A stretch of 40,313 bases of DNA. Origin: an uncultured Actinomycetota bacterium (GTDB lineage Bacteria > Actinomycetota > Humimicrobiia > Humimicrobiales > Humimicrobiaceae). Where the stretch lies: positions 1 through 40,313 of the forward strand of contig CAYZJW010000003.1 of assembly GCA_964478985.1 (NCBI GenBank), read 5' to 3'. Of this stretch, positions 24,236 to 33,043 are shown one piece after another. Within the stretch, counting starts at the first letter, position 1, and every line of letters starts with the position of its first letter. The notes beneath the pieces were generated by a model. The model made no database searches, was not told the origin of the DNA, and worked only from the letters and a program-made list of their open reading frames with translations. Both the position numbers and the translations under genes were made by a program.

Positions 24236-24353
24236 ACATTTGATAGACCAAAAAAAAGGTGCATTTTCCAGCTGCTTATTTTTTATTCTTGCCTTTTACG
24301 TGCTTCTGTATGAGATTATATAGTGGTAAAAGGCGGCAGCCTAAGGGCTCCGG

Positions 24354-24995
24354 CTATGGGACCTCCTCCGTAAGCAGGTATTCAAGGCCATAACCGGAAT
24401 ATATATCCTTCTGCAGATCCATGGCCTGCTGATATAATGCCGTATTTTTTCTGTGAAGCTCTTTAATATCTGTTATGTCTCCATCATAGTAACCGGAATA
24501 ATATAAACCGGTCTCCTGCCAGGCGGAAATATCATTTTCCAGAAAATCCACAAGCATATTATGGAATATTTCCAGCGGTTCGGGAATATCCCTGATGTCT
24601 TCAAGGCTGTCCCGGAATCTTTTTGCAGAATTTATCCTCCTGTCAGCAAGTTCCTTCAGATCTTCCAAATTCACTGCTTTTTTATCGGCCTCTTCCAATA
24701 TCCCTGATATACTGGCCTGGTATTTACGCCTTATGACTGAATACTTTTTGTCGAAATCTATTATATCCCCGATGTCCTGGTCCCTGGTAAGTTCCCTCAG
24801 CCTTATAAATTCCTCAGTCGCATCCCTGGCGGCCATCTTTTCCAGCTGGAGCTCTTCCAGGGCATTGTGCCTTTCCATCCTTGCCAGGGCCTTTTTTTCA
24901 AAAACCTGGTAGGATATCAAATTAAGGCATACAAGACCTGTAAATATAACCAGGATTATTGTGGTTATCAGTCTATCTTTTCTGTTTCCTGTCAT
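24354..24995 (-). CDS. membrane-anchored coiled-coil protein (213 aa), function unknown
   Basis: Single N-terminal TM (LITTIILVIFTGLVCLNLISY) followed by charged helical sequence. No recognisable family. Lies 77 nt downstream of the GGDEF/HD-GYP gene. Confidence 0.6.
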   Translation of the reverse strand: MTGNRKDRLITTIILVIFTGLVCLNLISYQVFEKKALARMERHNALEELQLEKMAARDATEEFIRLRELTRDQDIGDIIDFDKKYSVIRRKYQASISGILEEADKKAVNLEDLKELADRRINSAKRFRDSLEDIRDIPEPLEIFHNMLVDFLENDISAWQETGLYYSGYYDGDITDIKELHRKNTALYQQAMDLQKDIYSGYGLEYLLTEEVP

Positions 24996-25072
24996 TTATT
25001 ATGGCGGTCTTCCATAGGCCGATATCTATTGATACAAAAACAATTGAAATATATATTATCAGATCCAGCTGG

Positions 25073-26494
25073 TTATCTCTTGTATTTTATCACTTCAAGG
25101 AAGATATCGACCAGTCTGGGGTCAAACTGGGTGCCGCTGCATCTCTTTATCTCTTCGATCGCTTCCTTCTTTGTCTTTGACTTCCGGTATGGTCTTCCCT
25201 CCCGCATTATCACATAAGAATCTGCCAGCGCCATTATCCTGGAGATAAGGGGAATACTTTTCCCGGCAAGCCCCTGGGGATATCCGCTTCCATCCCAGTG
25301 TTCATGGACAGTCAATATATACTCAGCCACCCTGGAAAGCTGGTTTGAAGACATTGCTATCCTGTAGCCGATCTCGGGATGTTTCTTTATTGCCTGCCAT
25401 TCATTTTCAGAAAGACTTTCCCTTTTATTGAGAACACTGTCAAGAATAGCTACTTTCCCTATATCATGTATGGTAGCCAGGAGTCTCAGCTCATCCTGCC
25501 GGTCCTCAGAAAGCCTTAACCTCTTACCTATTTCCAACACTATCCATTTGAGCATTTTGAAATGGTCTTCGGTCCTTATTTTCTTTTCAAAAAGGGTATT
25601 TTCCAGCGATGCTATTATTGATGCGATGATGCTTTTGCTTTCCTTCAGCTTATGCCGGTACATGTCCTCTTCGGCTTTTCTTATAATACCGGTAAAATCT
25701 TCCTTTACAAAGACCTTGGTAGCTGTCCCCAGGGAGATAGAAAGCGGTATCCTGTTGCCGTCTGTCTTTTCACAATGCTCTTTTATCCTGTCTAATAATT
25801 TCCTGGCATCCTTCTCACCGGTCCTGGGGAGCAGCATGGAAAACTCATCTCCGCCAAAGCGGGCTACTATATCATCGGCACGGCAGCATTTCTTCAACAC
25901 CCTTACACAGCTCTTGAGGAGTGCATCGCCCTCCTGGTGGCCGAAGGCGTCATTTACCAGCTTAAGCCCGTTTACATCAGCCATTATTATGCTTAATGGA
26001 AGCTGCCTTTCGGTATCAAGCCTTTTTACCTCTTCCATATAATATGCCCGGTTATATGCCCTGGTAAGACTGTCGTGAAAAGACAGATAGGTTAATTTTT
26101 CTTCGGCTTTTTTTCTCTTTGATATATCCCGCATTATGCCTTCTATCCTGAGAAGCCTGCCTGTCCTGCCATATACGGGAGATACCGCAGCTTCATACCA
26201 GAAAACTCTTCCTTCCCTATTAAGGACCCTTATCTCGATAGCCTTGCTGAAGTCTGTCTTTTCCCTTTCTATCTGGCTGATTATCTTGAGATCGTCTTTA
26301 TGTATGACCTTTTTAAAAAAATCATGCTCCCGGTAAAAAAGTTCCCGGGTATACCCCAATATTTTACTTGCTGAGGGGCTGATGTATTCAAAAACCTTTT
26401 GAGGCCTGAGCCTGTAAATAAAAACTATATCGGGGGTTCTTTCTATAAGTTCCCGGAAATGCCTGTCTTTCAGGGAATGGTTCTTATGGGGCAA
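25073..26494 (-). CDS. PAS - GGDEF - HD-GYP three-domain c-di-GMP signalling protein
   Basis: N-terminal PAS-like region. RADDIVARFGGDEFSMLL has an intact GGDEF and an RxxD I-site 5 aa upstream. ATIHDIGKVAI plus HEHWDGSGYP form an intact HD-GYP. TTG start with GGAGGG 6 nt upstream. Confidence 0.9.
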   Translation of the reverse strand: MPHKNHSLKDRHFRELIERTPDIVFIYRLRPQKVFEYISPSASKILGYTRELFYREHDFFKKVIHKDDLKIISQIEREKTDFSKAIEIRVLNREGRVFWYEAAVSPVYGRTGRLLRIEGIMRDISKRKKAEEKLTYLSFHDSLTRAYNRAYYMEEVKRLDTERQLPLSIIMADVNGLKLVNDAFGHQEGDALLKSCVRVLKKCCRADDIVARFGGDEFSMLLPRTGEKDARKLLDRIKEHCEKTDGNRIPLSISLGTATKVFVKEDFTGIIRKAEEDMYRHKLKESKSIIASIIASLENTLFEKKIRTEDHFKMLKWIVLEIGKRLRLSEDRQDELRLLATIHDIGKVAILDSVLNKRESLSENEWQAIKKHPEIGYRIAMSSNQLSRVAEYILTVHEHWDGSGYPQGLAGKSIPLISRIMALADSYVIMREGRPYRKSKTKKEAIEEIKRCSGTQFDPRLVDIFLEVIKYKR

Positions 26495-26676
26495 TACTAC
26501 CCTCCTTTTAATATGATCCCCTAATCTTTTATCCAGATCACTAAACTATTTAAAATAATCTACTTTTCTTTTAATATTATTCCTGTTTGTTGGAAAATAT
26601 GTTTTTGTTAAAATTTATTATACAACATTATACACTTTTACAAAAATATTAAAATATTGGTTATAAATTAATTAAT

Positions 26677-27633
26677 ATGAAACTTAATAATAGGATTGAT
26701 AGATTAACTGATATACTTGAAAACTGCACCCTGTGCCCCCATAAGTGCGGGGCTGACAGGACTTCAGGTGAAAAAGGATTCTGCGGTGCCGGAAAGGATA
26801 TGGTAATATCAGCGGCCATGCCGCATCATGGGGAAGAACCGCCTGTTTCAGGTACCGGAGGCTCAGGTACCATATTCTTCTCCTACTGTAATATGAGATG
26901 CTGTTACTGCCAGAATTACCAGATCAGCCAGGAGCACAAGGGCTATGTCATAAGCCCCCTGGCGCTGGCAGAAAAGATGGTGATGCTTAAAGAGCACGGA
27001 GTGCATAATATAAACCTGGTATCACCTTCAGTTTGGGTTCCCGGGATAACCAGGGCCCTTGAGATTGCGGCAGATTCCGGGCTGGACCTCCCTATTGTCT
27101 ACAATACCGGCGGTTATGACCGTCCTTCTATTTTGAGGATGCTTGAGGGGCTGATCGATATATATATGCCCGACATGCGTTACAGCAGCGATTCTATGGC
27201 AAAAAAGTATTCTTCGGTCGATGATTATGTGAGCTGCAACCGGGAGAGCGTTTCCGAGATGTACAGGCAGGTAGGTCCCCTGAAGCTGGATAAATACGGT
27301 ATTGCCCGAAAGGGCCTGCTTATAAGGCTGCTGGTACTGCCCGGAGATATTTCCGGGACAAAGGCCACGCTGGAATTTATCAGTAAAAAACTTTCCCCGG
27401 ATGTCTATTTAAGCATAATGGCCCAGTATCATCCTGCTTTCAGGGCACATGATCTCCCTGAACTTTCCCGCCGGGTGACCGCTGATGAGTATAAGGATGT
27501 GCTGGAATATGCAGCCGGACTTGGCTTTAAGCGCGGGTGGTCCCAGGACCATGAGGGACTTGATCCGGATAAGGATTATTTTATACCCGATTTTGGTGAT
27601 GAGGATGTCTTCAGGTATTATAGGGACAGCTAG
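26677..27633 (+). CDS. radical SAM protein, PflX type (pyruvate formate-lyase activase-related, COG1313-like)
   Basis: N-terminal CTLCPHKCGADRTSGEKGFCG plus the radical SAM CxxxCxxC motif (CNMRCCYC). Confidence 0.85.
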   Translation: MKLNNRIDRLTDILENCTLCPHKCGADRTSGEKGFCGAGKDMVISAAMPHHGEEPPVSGTGGSGTIFFSYCNMRCCYCQNYQISQEHKGYVISPLALAEKMVMLKEHGVHNINLVSPSVWVPGITRALEIAADSGLDLPIVYNTGGYDRPSILRMLEGLIDIYMPDMRYSSDSMAKKYSSVDDYVSCNRESVSEMYRQVGPLKLDKYGIARKGLLIRLLVLPGDISGTKATLEFISKKLSPDVYLSIMAQYHPAFRAHDLPELSRRVTADEYKDVLEYAAGLGFKRGWSQDHEGLDPDKDYFIPDFGDEDVFRYYRDS

Positions 27634-27638
27634 CCGGC

Positions 27639-29399
27639 TTATCTTTCCCGGCGCCAGGACATAAGTTCATCATATGACATAGTGTTTAGTATATCTTTGG
27701 CCTCCAGGCCCGCCCGCCTGGCTACATCCACCCCCAGCCGGATCATCTCCATATTGCCGGGCCGGTGTGAATCGGTATTTATAGCCAGTTTTGCTCCTGC
27801 TTCCGCAGCTTTGCAGGCATATTCCTCATCCAGGTCCAGCCTCATATAATAGCTGTTTATCTCCAGGGCTTTTCTGTGATCTGCAGCCGCTTCTATCACT
27901 TTTTCCATATCCATAAATATGGGAGCCCTGTTGCCGAAAACTATTCCGGTGGGATGGGCTAAAAGATCAAAGAACCCTTTTTCCAGGGCGCTTACTGCCA
28001 TTAAAGTATTCTGGCGGACAGAATTTAAGAAACTGGAATGCAGGGATGCTATGGCTATATCCATTTTTCTGATAATATCCGGGTCATAATCAAAAACACC
28101 AGGTTTTTTGATATCTATTTCCGAACCCATAAGGATACTTATATCCCTGTATTTTTTCCTGAGAGCGCTGATAAATCTCATCTTCTCCATAAGTCTTTCC
28201 CTGTCCAGGCCGTTTCCGTAATAATTACTCGGGGAATGGTCTGATATGGCAATATACTGGTAGCCCATTTTTCTGGCCGAATCGATCATCTGAGAATAAT
28301 CCATGAGCCCGTCACTCCAGTTTGAATGTATATGGAGGTCGCCCATAATATCGCTGACACTTACCAGGCTCGGCAGCTTTTTTTGGGATGCCCGCAGCAC
28401 TTCGTTTTTTCCTTGTCTTAGCTCCGGAGGTATATGATCCAGCCCCAGAGCATCATATATCCTTTTTTCTGATGCCAGTTCCCGTATAGTGCAGCCGTTT
28501 AAACCAGGCCTGCCTTCTTTGAAAGAATGCTCCTGGAGAGCGGCCAGGTGATCCCTGCTGCCGGTAGTCTTTAAGAGCTGCCAGGCCCAGGTATTTCCGG
28601 CAGCGATTATGATCTCGATGTCAAATTCATATATAGTGCTAAAAAGAGCGCTGATATCCTCCGCTGTCCTTTTTACCGACACCAGCTTTCGCATAAAAGG
28701 ATATGCGGCTATCTTTTTAATAAGAGCCTCGCTTCTTTCCATATCATACCTGTCCCGGTTAAAAACAGGCTGGAGCAAAAGATCTACATCGCCTATGAAA
28801 CTTTTTTTGCGCCTTATGGAACCAGTATATTCTATCCTTTCTACCTCGGATGATCTTTTTAACTGCTCTATGATGATGCCCGCATAGAACTCTGCCGGCC
28901 ACCTGGGAATCATTTTCCTTATGGAATCAAGATATTCTATGGACCGCTTTATCCTTTCTGCAAATAAAGGATTCAGCACATCCTTTCCCAGCTTTGAGGA
29001 AGCAGCAGTACCTGCAGCGTCTCTTTCCATAAAAACGCTTTTCAGGTCTTCCAGGTCCTTTATGGAAAATTCTTTATAGATGGAAAGGACCCTTTTTCTT
29101 CCCATTCCCGTCATCCTTATAAGCCTGACCAGGTCCTGGGAATAGTCTGCAGAAAATCTCCGGTACTTCTCTATTGAGCCATTATCAAGGTATTCAGTGA
29201 TCAGCCCATAACAATAATTGTCTATTCCGCTGGAGCTCCCGGGACTTTTCCCCTTAAGTATTTCCTCTATTATGCCGGGGTCATCCCGCAGGGTCCTGGC
29301 CGCCCTCATAAGCGAAAGCACCGCTTCTTTTCCCCCGGTCTCTGATTTTTGTGCCCCGGCAAGATTGGTAAATATGTCTGCCAGTTTAAGGCTTATCAT
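27639..29399 (-). CDS. family X DNA polymerase with PHP domain, divergent paralogue (PolX-1)
   Basis: GSIRRKKSFIGDVDLLL (dNTP/Asp-x-Asp), FDIEII, and an intact PHP domain (GDLHIHSNWSDG, ISDHS, GSEIDI, SLHS, LAHP, NTDSH). The N-terminal HhH motifs are degenerate compared with 31310-33031. Confidence 0.85.
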   Translation of the reverse strand: MISLKLADIFTNLAGAQKSETGGKEAVLSLMRAARTLRDDPGIIEEILKGKSPGSSSGIDNYCYGLITEYLDNGSIEKYRRFSADYSQDLVRLIRMTGMGRKRVLSIYKEFSIKDLEDLKSVFMERDAAGTAASSKLGKDVLNPLFAERIKRSIEYLDSIRKMIPRWPAEFYAGIIIEQLKRSSEVERIEYTGSIRRKKSFIGDVDLLLQPVFNRDRYDMERSEALIKKIAAYPFMRKLVSVKRTAEDISALFSTIYEFDIEIIIAAGNTWAWQLLKTTGSRDHLAALQEHSFKEGRPGLNGCTIRELASEKRIYDALGLDHIPPELRQGKNEVLRASQKKLPSLVSVSDIMGDLHIHSNWSDGLMDYSQMIDSARKMGYQYIAISDHSPSNYYGNGLDRERLMEKMRFISALRKKYRDISILMGSEIDIKKPGVFDYDPDIIRKMDIAIASLHSSFLNSVRQNTLMAVSALEKGFFDLLAHPTGIVFGNRAPIFMDMEKVIEAAADHRKALEINSYYMRLDLDEEYACKAAEAGAKLAINTDSHRPGNMEMIRLGVDVARRAGLEAKDILNTMSYDELMSWRRER

Positions 29400-29420
29400 G
29401 GTAAATCCAATAATCCTTTG

Positions 29421-29429
29421 TGATATAAT
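29421..29429 (+). promoter_or_regulatory. extended -10 promoter element (TGaTATAAT) for the pcm operon
   Basis: Perfect TGnTATAAT on the plus strand, 73 nt upstream of the pcm ATG. Confidence 0.45.
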
Positions 29430-29436
29430 ATATAGT

Positions 29437-29454
29437 GCTGGGATTTATCCCAGC
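29437..29454. promoter_or_regulatory. perfect 7-4-7 inverted repeat in the polX-1/pcm divergent region (operator or 5' stem-loop candidate)
   Basis: GCTGGGA-ttta-TCCCAGC. A second 5-bp repeat, CCCTG-ttaaat-CAGGG, lies at 29463-29478. Confidence 0.35.
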
Positions 29455-29479
29455 TGGAATATCCCTGTTAAATCAGGGT

Positions 29480-29488
29480 ATTATAACA
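29480..29488 (-). promoter_or_regulatory. extended -10 promoter element (TGtTATAAT) for polX-1
   Basis: Perfect TGnTATAAT on the minus strand, about 80 nt upstream of the polX-1 ATG at 29399. Confidence 0.45.
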
Positions 29489-29501
29489 AAAAAAAGATTA
29501 T

Positions 29502-30167
29502 ATGAAAAAAAACCCGGATCCAGGCACAAATGGTTTCGATCTCTACCGGCAGGCCAGGGAAGACATGGTCAAAAGACAGCTGGAATCCCGAGGGATAAGG
29601 CATCCAGGAGTCCTTGGGGCTATGAGGAAAGTCCCCAGAGAATCATTTGTCCCGGAAGGTCTTCGGGGTTCTGCCTATGAGGACCGCCCCCTGCCCATAG
29701 GTATGGGACAGACCATATCACAGCCCTATATAGTAGCCCTTATGACTGAGTCGCTGGACCTTGATTGCAGCATGGATGTGCTTGAAGTAGGTACAGGTTC
29801 CGGATACCAGACTGCAATACTGGCCGAGCTGTCAAATATGGTATATTCGGTTGAAATAAAGAAAGACCTGTGTGATAAGAATGAAGAAGTCCTAAAAGGT
29901 TATGAAAATATCAGGCTTTCCTGCCATGACGGCAGTAAGGGCTGGGAAAAATATTCCCCCTATGACCGTATACTGGTAACTGCAGCACCGCCTCACATAC
30001 CGGATAAGCTTGTGGAACAGCTTAAGGCAGGCGGCATCATGGTGATACCCACAGGCACATCTACCTGGAGCCAGGAACTTTTAAAAGTGGTAAAATCCGA
30101 TAAGGGGATAAAGAAAATAAAGATATGCGATGTGGCTTTCGTTCCCCTCACTGGAGATACAGGATGA
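29502..30167 (+). CDS. pcm: protein-L-isoaspartate O-methyltransferase
   Basis: VPRESFVPE, PIGMGQTISQPYIVALMTE, VLEVGTGSGYQTAILAEL, ILVTAAPPHIP. There is no SD at the annotated ATG; an internal ATG (MVKRQLE) is an alternative start. Confidence 0.9.
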   Translation: MKKNPDPGTNGFDLYRQAREDMVKRQLESRGIRHPGVLGAMRKVPRESFVPEGLRGSAYEDRPLPIGMGQTISQPYIVALMTESLDLDCSMDVLEVGTGSGYQTAILAELSNMVYSVEIKKDLCDKNEEVLKGYENIRLSCHDGSKGWEKYSPYDRILVTAAPPHIPDKLVEQLKAGGIMVIPTGTSTWSQELLKVVKSDKGIKKIKICDVAFVPLTGDTG

Positions 30168-30218
30168 ATTTAGAAAAGATGACAGAATGTTTAAACACAA
30201 TATTTTATTAAAAGGATA

Positions 30219-31307
30219 ATGAGAACCGGTACTGTAAACCTGCCCCTGCACGGCGGAAAAGCCCCCAGGTGGCTTTTTAACCATATGAAGGACCTCTCCC
30301 GGGAGATATTGTCATCTATCGTATCCGAATATGGTCCGGAAGAAGTGCTGGACCGTCTATCCGACCCCTTCTGGTTCCAGGCTTTCGGCTGCGTTCTGGG
30401 CTTTGACTGGCATTCCAGCGGAGTGACCACAACCGTTTGCGGTGCCGTTAAGGAAGCGGTAAAGGGCAGGGAAAAGGATTTTGGCCTGTTTGTAGCCGGC
30501 GGAAAAGGCGGCACCTCCAGGAAGACGCCCTCAGAGATAGAGGCTGCCGGCGAGAAGATGGGCCTTGACTTCTCCAGCCTGGTATATAACAGTAAGATTG
30601 TAGCCAAGGTAGACTCCACTGCATTGCAGGATGACTACCAGCTCTATCACCACTGTTTTTTATTTACCCTGAGCGGCAAAAAATGGTCTGTGATCCAGCA
30701 GGGCATGAATGAGTACAACCGTATGGCCAGGAGATACCACTGGTCCAGCAGCGAGATAGAAGATCTTGTATGCGAGCCCCATAAGGCCATATGCTGCGAC
30801 TCCAGCGGTGATGTCATAAACCTGGTAGCCAGGGAAAGCAGCAAAGTCCGCAGCACCATGACCGAAATATCATATCAGAAGCCCCGGCTGCTCCTGGATG
30901 ACCTTAAAAAAATAAAGAAATACCAGGAGGCAAAATACAATATGCCCGCAAGGCATACCATAAACTTAAGCGATGTGGAAGTAAAAAGGCTGGAAAAGAT
31001 CTTTATTTCCACCTATGAGACAAGACCTGAGAATTTTGAAAAGCTTATCTCCCTCAAGGGAATGGGCCCCAAGACTGTAAGGTCGCTTGCCCTGATATCA
31101 GAACTGGTATATGGAGAAAAATATAGCATAAAGGACCCGGTAAGGTTCAGCTTTGCCCATGGGGGAAAGGATGGAATCCCCTACCCGGTGGACCGTGAGA
31201 CCTATACAGCTTCTGTGGATATACTGCATAATGCACTAAGGGAAAGCAGGATAGGCAGGACCGATAAAATAAAAGCCATAAAAAGGCTTTCACATTTTTA
31301 CGGATAA
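30219..31307 (+). CDS. conserved protein of unknown function, DUF763-like, with a C-terminal helix-hairpin-helix motif
   Basis: The N-terminus TGTVNLPLHGGKAPRWLF...FWFQAFGCVLGFDWHSSGVTT matches my memory of DUF763 proteins. LISLKGMGPKTVRSLALISELVYG (nt 31044-31112) fits the HhH consensus. The stop lies 2 nt before the polX ATG. Confidence 0.7.
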   Translation: MRTGTVNLPLHGGKAPRWLFNHMKDLSREILSSIVSEYGPEEVLDRLSDPFWFQAFGCVLGFDWHSSGVTTTVCGAVKEAVKGREKDFGLFVAGGKGGTSRKTPSEIEAAGEKMGLDFSSLVYNSKIVAKVDSTALQDDYQLYHHCFLFTLSGKKWSVIQQGMNEYNRMARRYHWSSSEIEDLVCEPHKAICCDSSGDVINLVARESSKVRSTMTEISYQKPRLLLDDLKKIKKYQEAKYNMPARHTINLSDVEVKRLEKIFISTYETRPENFEKLISLKGMGPKTVRSLALISELVYGEKYSIKDPVRFSFAHGGKDGIPYPVDRETYTASVDILHNALRESRIGRTDKIKAIKRLSHFYG

Positions 31308-31309
31308 TA

Positions 31310-33031
31310 ATGGATAAGAAAGACGTTGTAAGGATACTTGACCAGACTGCTACCCTGCTGGAGCTGGGAGGCGCTGATTTCTTCAAGGTACGGGCCTACA
31401 GGGGAGCATCCAGGGCCCTGGAGTCTTCTGGCATGGAGACTGATATCAACACAAAAGCAAAAGACCTGCAGGCGACAAAAGGCATAGGAAAAAACATTGC
31501 CGGCCATATTGTCGAGCTCATCTCAAACGGTACATTTGCAGAATATGAGCGGCTCAAGGCCTCTACCCCGCCGGGACTTCTGGTCATGCTGAGGATACCT
31601 GGCATGGGCGCCAAAAAGGTTAAATACCTTTTTGATAATCTGGGCATATCCGATATGGAGACACTGGAGCAGGCCTGCCTGGAAAACAGGCTGTCTGTGC
31701 TGCCCGGCTTCGGAAAAAAGACCCAGGATAATATTCTAAAAGGCATACATGCAGTAAAGAGATACCAGCAGAAGTTCCTTTATAGCCAGGTAATAGGCCA
31801 GGCAGAGTTAATACTGGAGAAATTAAGGAAGGGCGGGTCCGTAATAAGGGCCAGCCTGGCAGGAAGTCTGAGGCGGAAGAAGGAGATAATAAAGGACATA
31901 GATATAGTTGCCTCAACCGGTGAGCCGGAAATGGTGATGGAACTCTTTACCGGCCTGGATGATGTCGAGGATGTCATCGCCAGGGGAAGCACCAGATCCA
32001 GCATCAGGCTTGCCAGTGGCATAAATGCAGATATAAGGACGGTAGAGGATTGGCAGTTTCCATATGCCCTGCATCATTTTACCGGCAGCAGGGAGCATAA
32101 TACTGCCATGCGGTCCCTGTCAAAGAAGTCCGGCATAAGGATGAATGAATACGGCCTGTTTAAAGGCAAAGAACTTATTAAATGCAAAAGCGAGAAAGAT
32201 ATTTTCGGGGTATTCGGCATGCAGTATATACCTCCGGAGCTGAGGGAAAATCATGGTGAGGTAGAAGCAGCCCAAAAAGGCCAGCTGCCTGCCCTGGTAG
32301 AGCCGAGCGATATAAAGGGAATAATACACATCCACACCACCTATAGTGACGGTAAGATGACTCTGGAGCAGGCGGCAAGAAAAGCCATGGATATGGGATT
32401 TTCTTATATCGGGATAAGCGAGCACAGCCGTTCCGCCAGATATGCCGGGGGATTGAAAGAAGAAGATATTGATAACTATCTTACCGAGATCGACAGGCTT
32501 AATGAAAAGCTTGAAGGTTTTAGGGTATTTAAAGGCATAGAATCTGATATATTAAATGACGGAAGCCTTGATTATGATGACCGGACACTGGAAAGATTTG
32601 ATTTTGTCATAATTGCCATCCATTCCAATTTCAATATGTCCAAAAATGATATGACAAAAAGGATAATAAAGGCTTTGCAGCATCCCTATGCTTCCATCCT
32701 TGCCCACCCCACCGGAAGGCTGCTTCTTGCCCGCGACCCTTATGAGGTGGATATGGAAAAAATAATAGACGCAGCCGCTCAGAGCAATGTAGACCTGGAG
32801 CTAAACAGCAGCCCCTTCCGCCTGGATCTTGACTGGCGTTATGGCAGATATGCAAAACAAAAGGGCGTAAAGGTCTTTATAGATCCTGATGCCCACACGC
32901 TGGACGGCCTTTATGACTACAGTTTCGGAGTAAATATTGCCCGCAAGGGGTGGCTGGAGGCAAAGGACATCGCCAATACCATGGATGCCGGTAAAATGGC
33001 GGATTATCTGGAAAATAAAAGGAAAGGATAA
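31310..33031 (+). CDS. polX: family X DNA polymerase / 3'-5' exonuclease with PHP domain (canonical PolX)
   Basis: KVRAYRGASRAL; three HhH motifs (TKGIGKNIAGHI, IPGMGAKKVKYL, LPGFGKKTQDNI); GSLRRKKEIIKDIDIV; ADIRTV; HHFTGSREHN. PHP motifs HIHTTYSDG, ISEHS, ESDI, AIHS, LAHP, DPDAH. Confidence 0.9.
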   Translation: MDKKDVVRILDQTATLLELGGADFFKVRAYRGASRALESSGMETDINTKAKDLQATKGIGKNIAGHIVELISNGTFAEYERLKASTPPGLLVMLRIPGMGAKKVKYLFDNLGISDMETLEQACLENRLSVLPGFGKKTQDNILKGIHAVKRYQQKFLYSQVIGQAELILEKLRKGGSVIRASLAGSLRRKKEIIKDIDIVASTGEPEMVMELFTGLDDVEDVIARGSTRSSIRLASGINADIRTVEDWQFPYALHHFTGSREHNTAMRSLSKKSGIRMNEYGLFKGKELIKCKSEKDIFGVFGMQYIPPELRENHGEVEAAQKGQLPALVEPSDIKGIIHIHTTYSDGKMTLEQAARKAMDMGFSYIGISEHSRSARYAGGLKEEDIDNYLTEIDRLNEKLEGFRVFKGIESDILNDGSLDYDDRTLERFDFVIIAIHSNFNMSKNDMTKRIIKALQHPYASILAHPTGRLLLARDPYEVDMEKIIDAAAQSNVDLELNSSPFRLDLDWRYGRYAKQKGVKVFIDPDAHTLDGLYDYSFGVNIARKGWLEAKDIANTMDAGKMADYLENKRKG

Positions 33032-33043
33032 GGAAGAAAGAAA

